Of a stretch of DNA of 64,000 nt, positions 40,001 through 51,400 are shown one piece after another. The first letter of the stretch is position 1. Each line of letters starts with the position of its first letter. The stretch is from Antedon mediterranea. Its lineage: Eukaryota > Animalia > Echinodermata. The translations under genes were made by a program, and so were the position numbers. The notes beneath the pieces are model-generated. The model worked only from the letters and a program-made list of their open reading frames with translations. It searched no databases and was not told where the DNA came from. The stretch is taken from contig NC_092672.1 of the NCBI RefSeq assembly GCF_964355755.1, positions 37,764,437 through 37,828,436 on the forward strand. Direction: 5' to 3'.

Positions 40001-43000
40001 AGGAAGCAAAGAAAGCGGAGAAGAAACCAGATACGTCAAGCAAGGAATTTGACATTAATCAGTTTTTTACTTTGACTGATGGAATAGAGAATCTTCCAGT
40101 AAGTACATGAACACCGGTATTACTCAGGCTTAAATAATGGTCTTAAAAAAAGGCATTGTTGTTGCTTTAAAAATGACAAAATGCTATTCAATTTATTCCT
40201 GATTTTACAAAACAAACAATAACACATACATCACCCATGCTAGACCTGGGGGACATGGATTGAACTCAAACGCTTTCGATGGGATGTCCCAGACTCTTTC
40301 AACCAAATGAGTTAGATAATTGAGGATGTTTAATAAATTATTAATGGTTGATTTATACTAGTCTGAATATTGAATCTTTTTACATTCACCATCACAGGTT
40401 CCTAGCCAGGAAGATACTGCAGGATCAGGGAGCAGGTTCAGTCAATGGTTTGCCAAATCTCAATCACCAGTCCAGGATCAACAGATAAGCTTTCTTAGTG
40501 GTATGTTCTTGGAATAAATACTACAATATTCTATTGCACTGCTATTATGGTATTTCATTTGTTTTACTCGAATTTGTGTACATTATGAAAGAGATGGCTT
40601 ATACTGTATGCGAAATATAATATATATATATTAATTAAGTCTTTCCACCATTTCATTTTTTCTCCGATTTAATTCTAAAGCATCCATTCTTGATCTTGGT
40701 TCTAAATGTTTAATAGTGGTATATCTTAAGGTATAATTATTTAATTTTTTTTTACTTGGGGAAATTCTGTGATTTTTGTACAGAACTGCAAGGACGTCAA
40801 AGCCCCAACCTATCAGCATCTCTGTTTATGCCGATAAAACCCGATAGAGCTGGCAGCCCACAAGCAACCAGTGACATTCTAGCGATGTTGCAGCGCAGTA
40901 ATACAAACTCACAAAGAAGCAACTCCAACAGCGTTCAACGATTCCTTGAGCAGCACCACGGAGCTGTGCCAAACAGATCTCGTAAGTTAGTGCTTAGTTT
41001 TTTTAACAGCACCCCGGAGCTGTGTCAAATAGATCTCGTAAGTTAGTGCTTAGTTTTTTAACAGCACCCCGGAGCTGTGTCAAATAGATCTTCTAAGTTA
41101 GTGCTTAGTTTTTTTAACAGCACCCCGGAGCTGTGTCAAATAGATCTTCTAAGTTAGTGCTTAGTTTGTTAATAGAGCAGAATCCATCCTTTGAGACACA
41201 ACTATCAAGGAGACACTTTCCTGTCAATAATATAACTGCCAAACCATATTCAGGGGCCACCATATTAACACTTTGTTTGGTCCAGAATGTAATTCCTCTT
41301 AATGAGTTATTTTTTACTGTACATGCAAACAAGCAATTTACACGTGGTAGAATTGGATTGTTAGAAGATACAAAAGACAACAAATATGGAAATTAAAAAG
41401 TAGTAAACTAGACTTGTTTATATTGCAGCTACTCCACCCCCACCAGGCAAAGTAACCTGTCTCCGTGATCTTGAGTCTCATGTGAGAAGCCTAGCAGAGA
41501 TTGAGGGTGATCTATATGGCTTACAACACCACCATCATCATCAAAACCAACACCAACGTTACTTTAATGAGCAGGCAGCAGCCCGTCAAATGACAGAGCA
41601 AACCGCATTCAATTCATTCCTTGCCAATATGCAAGTTAAAAGAGGCCCAGGACACCAGCCTCACTTGGTATGTATGTGTAGATAGCTACTGCGAGAACAG
41701 TACGTAGGCTTAAATTGGCTAAGATACTAGCTATTATTTCAGCAGTGCCATTTTGACTAGTATTGTTGTTTGTAGACAGCATTCAAGTGGTTGCTTTCCA
41801 TTAAATGATTGTGGCCAACCAAGATTCGTATTAGCACACTGTATATGATCCCCTACTATTTTTGTAGTGTACAATTGGTTTACTGTATGTATTTCTTTAA
41901 CTTTTAGATGAATGAAGAGAAGAGATCGCCATCCCCAATTGATCTTGTCCTTGGTATGGGAGTAAAGCATCAGTCTCCTCTGCCATGGAAGGAACAAGGA
42001 ATGCCAAGCCTACCAATGCAGCAGCAGCATGTCCATCGTCAGAACCACATGTCTTCTCCTCAAGTGAGTGCCTCTCTTCAGCAACTACTCCAGACACCCC
42101 AGGCTAACCAGTCTATGATGAGTCCGGCATTCTCTGTCAATCGTATCGTACAAAACACGTTGCAGCCACCTAGACCAGCAACAAGGTAATTATATACCTT
42201 TCCTCAAATGTGTAGTAGTAGAAATAATTTATTATACTGATATGGGAGTCACGACTTAAAGTTCAATGAACTTACTGTGACCTCCTTCCACCCATATATT
42301 ATACACTGTACATGTATGTTTGTTTAAATGCATTTAAGTGAGTGGAAAAGAAACAAAACGAATAACAAAAAATCCAGACGACAACTTTTATCATTATATT
42401 TTGTGTTTTAGGACACCCTCACCAGCAAACGCTGACGCATTATCAGTAGCTGCCATGCTTAAACAAATTCACAATCAACCGAACCATGAGCAGCATATTC
42501 ATGCGATGGCTGCAAGTCTTGCAACCGAGCAACAACTAGCTGCAGCAGCCATTATGAAACAGTCTGCTGATGCTGCCGCTCTGTCTATTCTTCAACAACA
42601 GCAGAAAGAGATCTTGCAGCATGTTAGTGCCTCACCAGCACCTACTGGACGAGCTCTAAGTCCTCAAGAACATGTTCTTCAGCAGGTGTTGTACCAGCAA
42701 GCAGCCGCTGCTGCTGTCGGACGAGGACCATCACCAGCAAATATTGGTACGATATCAATGACAAATTTGACACAGTTATACATCAATATATAATGAATTG
42801 GCTGAATGCCTTATATAGAATTGTTCTTTTCATTATAGGTGGTACTAGCCCACTACAGGCTACGACTCCAATAAAACAAGTACCAATCCAAGGATCGCAG
42901 ATGAACATGTTAACCCCAGGGGGAATGCAACCATCTTTAAATATGAACCGTATCCCATCCCCTCAAGAGCTTGCAGCTCACACACAAAACATCTTGCACA

Positions 43001-44727
43001 ATGCCGTCATAAAACGTCAGTTAGAGGTGCAGAAAGAAAAGTTCCTCGCACGAGAGGCGGCTCGCAAGGGGCCTCCCAGCAATATTCCTTTAAACCACAT
43101 GCCAGAGCGACCGACGCCAACTAGGCCACCTGTGACGCCTGCATTTACACCGACATCAGTCATCCGCAAAATGCACGAAACAAAGGCAGAAGCTAAGCAT
43201 GAAAACCATGAACGAGATGAGCGTGTACAGCAAGGTTAGTACACTTTGTGTGTGTCACAGCTTTTCAGCTAACTACTAGGGTGCAAATTTCATGTGAATG
43301 CAGGGCCTCAATGAAAACCAGTTCAAATTGGGTAAAGAAATATAATACTGTAATAATAGTAATAATTTTGCCTTCTATTCTAAACACGATAAACATAATT
43401 TTTCACAGATCTTTTTATGAAACTGGACAGCGTGTCTGATGAACCGAATAAAATTAGACCAACTGCGGCCACTTCCAAGTCCATTCCCTATGAGCAACCA
43501 GCGTTTGACATACCATATGGATCACCATCTCGCAGATATCCCCAGCAGCAACATCAGCAGTACCAGCCCCATTCTCAACAAAATAATCTTGACATATCCA
43601 GCAATCCAAAACCACAGGAGCACTCTCCTGTGAGTCATCACCAGAATCCAGCTGCCAATCATGACGGTATCAACTACAAAAGGATCCTGGAGATCCAACG
43701 GCAGCAGCAACAGAAAGCAGCAATGGCAGCCGCAGCTGGACAATCCCAGCAGAAGGCTGCAATGGCAGGTGGTCAGAGTCCGCAGGCTAGTCCATCTGGA
43801 CAGGCTGTGCCTAGCGGTATGGCACGGCCAATGCACCATGGTTTCCCGATTCAAATGATGCAACGTGCACCAATAATGCGTGGAATTCCTCATGGTATGC
43901 AGGTGCCGAATACGTACCAACAACAAATGCAGGTTTGTCAAAGAATTTCAATCAATATTTTTACCCTTAAGCTATTACACTGGCGTGATGTTCCCAAATA
44001 TGGTGGTTAATATACCCAAATATGGTAGTGATATGCCCAAATATGGTAGTGATATGACATGTCTATATATTTGTCGCATAAAGTTTGTTTTAGTGTAAAC
44101 AGAGCTTAACATTTGTGATCTTTTCTTACTAATTTTTAATTTCTTAACAGAGGGGTGGTGTTGGTGGAATGTCACCAATGATGATGAACACAAGAGCTGC
44201 ATTTCCAGGAGCTGCAATGGTACAAGCTGGTCTAGTACAGAACCAAAATACACCCCTTGGAGCTAGAAGAGGTAATGACCTATTAGCACCAATGATTGGT
44301 CGTGTCTATGATTCTTTCTTAATAATCTGAAGGTCCTAGGTCCTGTTTACGTCCTGACGCTCCTACCTAGTTTATTTATAGCCTTTTGTGTGTATGTTTG
44401 TACTGATGATCGCCCACTGGTATTAGGATTACTTTAAAATGTGAAATTCTGGAATAGTAGCTTATGTAGCAAATGAGTAACATAAAATATTACATACTAC
44501 AAATTATTAGTTTTCTTTATGTTTATTTTTCAGAATTCAACTTGGGCAACCAACCAGTTAATTTTGGAAAAGAAACCCCAACAAGAGCTTCACCAGTAAA
44601 CCTTGCAAAGTGGTTTGGCAATGATCTCTTGCAACACCCAATGCCGCAAATGCCACAGCACAGCGCCCTCGGACAGCGAGTGATATCGGTTGAAGAATTA
44701 GAGAGACAACAACAGGCAGTTGGGTAG
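37079..44727 (+). CDS. EIF4ENIF1: eIF4E transporter (4E-T / EIF4ENIF1; Cup-related translational repressor), ~14 coding exons
   Basis: Exons approx. 37079-37192, 37773-37846, 38687-38799, 39186-39491, 39785-40098, 40398-40500, 40784-40981, 41429-41667, 41908-42185, 42412-42746, 42839-43234, 43409-43932, 44151-44271, 44534-44727. Motifs: eIF4E-binding YTK|AELM (YxxxxLphi, split by an intron), GVWDPEKWHAS, IVLSPQRRSF, Cup-homology EDPEWFTGGPTSQNDTIELRGF, GSRFSQWF, AFTPTSVIRKM, and C-terminal LAKWFGNDLL...VISVEELE. Confidence 0.92.
37875..38382. repeat. 88-bp tandem repeat, ~5-6 copies, in EIF4ENIF1 intron
   Basis: ATTGGAATGATATACAATAAGCCCACTCCATCCACCACATATGTACCTCTATGTCATAATGGATGAGATTGGGATATCAAATCTAGAG. 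Confidence 0.93.
40950..41167. repeat. ~56-bp tandem repeat spanning an EIF4ENIF1 exon-intron junction, 4 copies
   Basis: CAGCACCMCGGAGCTGTGYCAAAYAGATCT(CG/TC)TAAGTTAGTGCTTAGTTTTTTTAA. Confidence 0.93.
43970..44106 (-). mobile_element. MITE family A copy (reverse) in EIF4ENIF1 intron
   Basis: CCCAAATATGGTAGTGATATG repeats; ends CAGAGCT|TAA. Confidence 0.7.
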
Positions 44728-44919
44728 GATATAACATTCCTAAGATTTTGTCAAAGTGTAAATAGAAGAGCGGCAGACATGTTTTCAGCTTCTTGATGTC
44801 AGATAATGCTTCCATGTCTTCATTCTGCTTGAACAAAGTATTATGCCTTGTTTATCCCTTTTAGAGTTGTTTGTTGTTTATCATCATTGTCAATACAAAA
44901 TGTTATATACAATTATGAA

Positions 44920-45237
44920 TACTGTGTAATTACTGTAGTTCTCAGTCTGAGTACTGTACTGTGTAATTACTGTAGTTCTCAGTCTGAGTACTGTACTGTG
45001 TAATTACTGTAGTTCTCAGTCTGAGTACTGTACTGTGTAATTACTGTAGTTCTCAGTCTGAGTACTGTACTGTGTAATTACTGTAGTTCTCAGTCTGAGT
45101 ACTGTACTGTGTAATTACTGTAGTTCTCAGTCTGAGTACTGTACTGTGTAATTACTGTAGTTCTCAGTCTGAGTACTGTACTGTGTAATTACTGTAGTTC
45201 TCAGTCTGAGTACTGTACTGTGTAATTACTGTAGTTT
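44920..45237. repeat. 37-bp tandem repeat, ~8.5 copies, in probable EIF4ENIF1 3' UTR
   Basis: TACTGTGTAATTACTGTAGTTCTCAGTCTGAGTACTG; AATAAA at ~45281 downstream. Confidence 0.95.
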
Positions 45238-46293
45238 TCATAGGTTTAATTCTCAGTCAAGCTTGATCAAAATAACAGTAAATAAATACTTTATTCTCAT
45301 TAACTGTGAAGGAAAGCAACGGCGAATTTGGTGAATACAAGCATATCAACCAGGGAAGCAATGAATTCATTCTTCCCTGATATCAACAGACAAGTATCAA
45401 TATGTTCAATATAACTTACAGGCCTACTAAACCATGGGTAATAATTTACAATGTTGAAATGTATAAACTGTCGAACAACCAAAAGTCATATTTCACCAAT
45501 GACAGTACTTATCTTATCAGTATCAAGAAATAATTTATGTAAATTAGCAACAAGACGAACGACAAGTATTCATGTTTTCTAAATGTATTTGTTTTTATTC
45601 TTAGTACATCGAGTGTAAATAAGAAAAAGATCATTTGAAAGCATCTTTGTTTGAAAGCATCTTTGTATTCTATGAAACCTCATTATTTTTTTGTGTTTAA
45701 ATGTGTTACTTTCGATTAGTAGTGACATTCTAAAATGAAAGAACAAAAAAAAATGTGTAAATTTGTTTTATTTATTAACGAGTGTAACTAAGGTGAAACT
45801 TTTCCGTTTGTCCCTCGTAACGCAGGAATATTTTTTGGAATTACATTTGGAACTTTATCACTTCAATTTTGCAGAAAATCAGTTTTGTATATATATATAT
45901 ATTTTGTAAAGGTGAAAAAAAAAATTATTTCTGTAATTTTGCATAGTGGTTTAATGTCTCGATACTTTTATGTTTAAAAAACAGAAAAGTGTTTTTATTT
46001 GTTGTCAGGGTATGTTATACATATTTGTTGTCTTAGAATGGAATTATTGGAAACCGTTATTTGAAGGTGTTTTTAAGAGAGAACAATATTATTTGATCAC
46101 TATTTCTATGTCTCGTGAATGTTTAATTACATAATGTGATTATTAGAAAGAGAAAAAAAATTAATTTAATTTTAATGTGTTGTTTTAATGTTGTGTTTTG
46201 CTTTTTTTCAAAATCATTTTCAATGATTGGTTTTGGAAGTACAATCATTTAGTTTATGTGTATGTAATAGATTTGAAATCTAATGTTAATTTT

Positions 46294-46547
46294 TATTATG
46301 TTTTATGAATATTCATGATTTGTATTATGTTTTATGAATATTCATGATTTGTATTATGTGGTATGAATATTCATGATTTGTATTATGTTTTATGAATATT
46401 CATGATTTGTATTATGTTTATGAATATTCATGATTTGTATTATGTTGTATGAATATTCATGATTTGTATTATGTTGTATGAATATTCATGATTTGTATTA
46501 TGTCGTATGAATATTCATGATTTGTATTATGTGGTATGAATATTCAT
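46294..46547. repeat. 29-bp tandem repeat, ~9 copies
   Basis: TATTATGTTTTATGAATATTCATGATTTG, which contains the palindrome ATGAATATTCAT. Confidence 0.93.
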
Positions 46548-47601
46548 TAAGTTTGTACTGTTTAATGTTTAATGTAAATCCCCCCAGTTTAATATTTGTT
46601 TCAAAATATTAATAGAAAATAATAGTATTGAGAGTAAAATGATTTAGTAGACAAATAATTTACATATTTAAATCTTTTTTGGGACTGTATATTTTGTTTA
46701 CATTTTTGGATGTCAATCAATGTTAGAAATATACATTTCCTTTCTATTATACATAACTGTTACTATGGTAAATGAAGAATGTCCGGTTACTATGGTAATG
46801 AAATGTGCTCTGTTACTATGGTGATGACATTGTCTTGTTATTGATCGTCATAATGTAGGTTTTCCAGATTGTTTTTGCTGTTCGACTTTTGGTACATAAT
46901 ATTTTTTGCTTGTTTGTCAACCGTGAACAGTGGAATTATTAAACTCTAAGCAACAACCGTTGGTTTTATTTACTGTTTTTGTTCTGATTCTGATCTGTTT
47001 CTTTCATGATTAAAAATGTTCTATTATGCTTATTAGTACTAGCTAGTTGGAGGATCCTAAACTTAGCTATGGAAACTAATTTGGCTATGCTAAGACCTTG
47101 TGCAGTGCACAGTCCCTGGATTACTAGTGTTAAGCATGTGTCGTCACAACTATGGAAGAGGCCTAGCAACCTAGCCAAACTACAACCTGTATTAACTAAC
47201 ACATGCTACATATATTTTGAATGATGATGTTGCTCTGTCACAGGATTTGCTGTGATAATACAAAGATAAGCATCCATAAAACATTAAATTTATACTTACT
47301 TCTTATCCCCTCTGATGAAAATAAACCGTGAAGATAATTGCCACATTTTTTCACAAATAACTTCCAGTGATCTGATTGGTCAATAGTCATGTACTATAGT
47401 CTGATCTAATGCGTCAATTTTTTTTTTCATTTTTCTCATTCTCTCCTACATAAAAAATAATTTATTTTATAAATTAAATAAGGAGAAAGGGAAAGAAAGA
47501 TTTAAGACAAATCTATAAATATTTAGTAAACAATCTGTTTTTTTTACCAAGTTATGGTGAAATAAAATTGTAAAACATCTGGGCTAAAAAAAAATTTTAC
47601 C

Positions 47602-47674
47602 TGGCCGATATGGGGCTTGAACCCATGACATTCGCGTTATTAGCACGACGCTCTGCCGACTGAGCTAACCGGCC
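47602..47674 (-). tRNA. tRNA-Ile (AAT), copy 4
   Basis: Reverse complement of the same tRNA with one T-loop change (TTCAAGC), followed by a T-run on the minus strand. Confidence 0.93.
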
Positions 47675-48419
47675 ATGTCTGGGAATTTTAAGATTATTTT
47701 GCTATCTATACGAAATTACAGTATTTCTAAGCAAATGTTTACTATTAATTATAGAAATTTCCAATAAATATGAATCTAAATAGTTGTGTGTATTGCGATC
47801 GTATGTTGGTGGAAAAATCCAGACATTAAAGCTAGCTTTAGAGACTTAGCGCCTAAGAAAACGTTAACCTGTCGTTGGTGGCGCTGTTGAATAATTTGTA
47901 ATCACGTGTACACACCAGCCATTTTGTGTCACTTTTATGACTGATACATGAATGTAGAAGCAGATACGGTATTGCTATAATAAATTATGAATTTAGAAAG
48001 TGGTCGGATTCTTTTTTTTTACTGTACTAACGAAAGAAATACTATACAAACTGAAGATATTCAAGTTATCCTTTTCTTTTATTGTTTTTTTAACATTATT
48101 TTACATATACTTTCATATAAATATCCATTTTTTAATATAACAATCATAAAATTTAATAACTCTGAACACTATTTTATGTATTAATTCTCTATCGTTGCAT
48201 TCTTGGAACTAGCATACATCGACACATGTACACTAATGCTGTTCTGACACTATATATACACCATGCTTTTTAAATGTAACTAAAACGTACTGTATTCAAA
48301 GTGTGGCACAGATATTTTGCACATATTAATTAATGAAAGGCAGACAGAAAATGCAAGATTATCATCTCCACAAAACACAAACATCTCTTGTTCTGACTTG
48401 AGTTGAGTCAAACATATGA

Positions 48420-51400
48420 TCACCTTTTCTTTTTTCCTCGTTTTGACGTTGTTCTAGACTCTGATGTACCAGATGCTGATCCAACCGAAATCTGGCCATC
48501 TTGAATTTCTTGGCGTATATTTGCCGGACTTTGTTTGATCTTATCTTGTGCTTCTAAGAAGAACATAACATCTCTAAGTTGTTCTTGTAAATCTACTATT
48601 TCCTAAAAGAAGAAATGGTGGGGATACTGTTTAGATGACTTTGCAATGAGAATAAATTGTTCATTTTTATTTGTTCCTTTCAGTGGAACATAAAAAGGAG
48701 AACTGAAGGAGAGACAACTATCACCAAAGGGCGTGTCTCTCCAACTCCAGACAAACAATACAAGCAAAATTAAATGATAATAATGATGATACTTTTATTG
48801 ATCCAAACCTTTTGATACTTTTCCTTATCAACTTTGCTTGTTTGTTCAAGAGATTTCACTTTATCTTGCCAAACATTCTGATTTGAACGCAAACAACTAT
48901 TCATCTGCAACACAAATAAATACATCAGAATAAATTAAAAAGTTATTATTGTTATTGTTCTAATAATATAATCAATGTGGTGTCATTTAATTGATGTAGT
49001 TGGTGGTTGTCCTCTTGAATACCCCACAAGGAAGTCTGACAAAGAGGCCTTGTGCAGTGGCTTATTAATTGGACACTATCTATTTAAATGTATCACTATT
49101 AATGGCATCAATAGCAGCTTCTTAGGGCAGTCATTTCATGTTCAGGTAAATTACCTCTTTTTCTTCGATGAGATTTTGATTCGTTCTATGTAACTTGCTG
49201 CTTAACTGGCTAATCTTTTTTTCCAATGCAGATTTCTCTTTCAATAAATTCTGAACTTTGTTTTCTGATTTTTCACATTCTTCTACTTTTTTCTTGGAGC
49301 TAGATTCTAATTCTAACCTCTGAAAAAAAAATTATTAAAATCAAGAATCTGCAGTATACACCATCAATCTACAGAAAGTTGTCGGTCAGTTAATCTTTGG
49401 TCAGTTTGGATGTCCATCATCCTGCCAGTCTGTCAATCAATTGGTCAGTTGAGAGTTCCCCATCCATCCATCCAGCCAGATCAGTCAGTCCAGCCTCCAA
49501 CATTATTCTTACCTGTTGTAATGCTTCTTGTTCGATTCTTGATATTCTCTCCTCATAAAACGCTTTCTGAGATTCTAGTTGATTGGTAAGTAAATAAGTA
49601 TACTGTAAGGAAATTCAATAAAATTACAAATTAACGAAAAGTTGAAAGAGGGACAAGTTTGACAAAGAATGGTTACATGTACAGTATCAATCAATCATTT
49701 ATTTTTTAAAAAACAACCAAAACAATGGTGGTGTAACCTAGAAATGGTGAAAGATTAGACATGATAATTTACTTACTTCAAGCGTTATAGAGTCTAACTT
49801 TTCTTCCCTGCTAACTCCATCTTCATCATGATCCCATTCAACCATCTTACCATCTCCTTTTGTTTGCATTAAACGATGAACGTAATTATCTTTGGAAAAA
49901 TAAAAGTATTTTAATAACAATTATTATGTTTTTTTTTTATTTCTTTGTTTCTTTTTTTTTATATATTTAGGCAAATTGCCAAGGATAACCATAAGCAAAT
50001 TTATTCACTATCCTTCTTAAAGGTGGCAATCACAAGATGTATATTATTACAAGTCCTTGGGAGTGGAGTTGTAATTTTTCATTAGAAAAAATGCTGACAT
50101 GACAGGCCTTGAACCCAGGACCCTTGGATTGGTAGCCAAGCACCATAACCACAAAGCCATAACGCCAACTCTATATGAAAAGTGTCAGTTGCAGTTCCTA
50201 TAATTATTATAATATACAATGTTTTATAAATTTTTTTTCCCGAGAGAACACAGGTAAAGAAGCTAATAACAAAGTTTATGTAAACAGTTGTTTACCTCCA
50301 GCGTAATCCCACACTTTATTCTGACCCACTTGCAATGCATAGGTGTGTTGAGTTTCTTTAAAATGTTCATGTGCATGGGCCTCTACATATCGGCCACATC
50401 CAACTACACCACACACTAGGCAAATCCACAGGCTCTGTTATGTTAACAAATATGTGAAGAACATTATCATTAGCAAAAACAATTAATCTATGTAATTATT
50501 TTATTTTATTATATTAAAATACTGTGAATTTGTAATTGAAATTATATCTTCTTTTTACTTGGATATTTAGGCTAATTGGCAACAATAAGTGTTGCAATCC
50601 TGTTCACAGGAAAACATACTGTATATGCAAAATATAAAACAGCAATGCAGCAGGTGAAGGGTTGTGTCTATGCAAAATATAAAACAGCAATGCAGCAGGT
50701 GAAGGGTTGTGTCTATGCAAAATATAAAACAGCAATGCAGCAGGTGAAGGGTTGTGTCTATGCAAAATATAAAACAGCAATGCAGCAGGTGAAGGGTTGT
50801 GTCTATGCAAAATATAAAACAGCAATGCAGCAGGTGAAGGGTTGTGTCTATGCAAAATATAAAACAGCAATGCAGCAGGTGAAGGGTTGTGTCTATGCAA
50901 AATATAAAACAGCAATGCAGCAGGTGAAGGGTCACAAAGTTTGGGAGCTAAAAAAAATAACAGTATTCTCTTCTATATATATTTTATTGATCAAATAAAC
51001 AGATAATTCATACATTACCTCTTGTACACCACATTTATAACATTTATTATCTTCTACCATTTCTGGCGTCTGACAGTAACGACAAACAGGGCAGCTGTGA
51101 AAAGGAAAACACAATGCTAAATTATTTCAATTAATTGTTGCTTATGATATGATAATGTACCCACATGCACAAAATGAATTGATATGACATATAACTAGTT
51201 TATATGTCATTAAAAATCGAAACTTCCTTGTTTTTGTTTTTTTTTACCTGATATCGCCCCATTTGTAAAGACAACTGCCATGAAAGGAGTGATTACACAG
51301 GATGGTTATAATGCCGTCCACTGCTTCATCCATTCTCTCAAGACAAATGTGACAGACAGGGAGTTCAGTGACCCCTGGCATCACAAGATAGCCACCCTGC

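Noticed and set aside
5123-46547. CRISPR-like arrays
   Set aside because: All arrays are head-to-tail with no unique spacers, there are no cas genes, and the context is spliceosomal eukaryotic.
47215-47325. Box C (ATGATGA 47221) and box D (CTGA ~47312) suggesting a C/D snoRNA
   Set aside because: Not intronic, only an A/T terminal stem, and no recognisable rRNA-complementary guide; such motifs are expected by chance.
48975-49080. Hairpin followed by ACA on the minus strand in a BRAP intron (H/ACA snoRNA?)
   Set aside because: No H box or second hairpin, and the pocket-to-ACA spacing does not fit the 14-16 nt rule.
50567-50998. Repetitive ORFs ([15 protein letters not shown] etc.)
   Set aside because: 45-bp tandem repeat within a BRAP intron.
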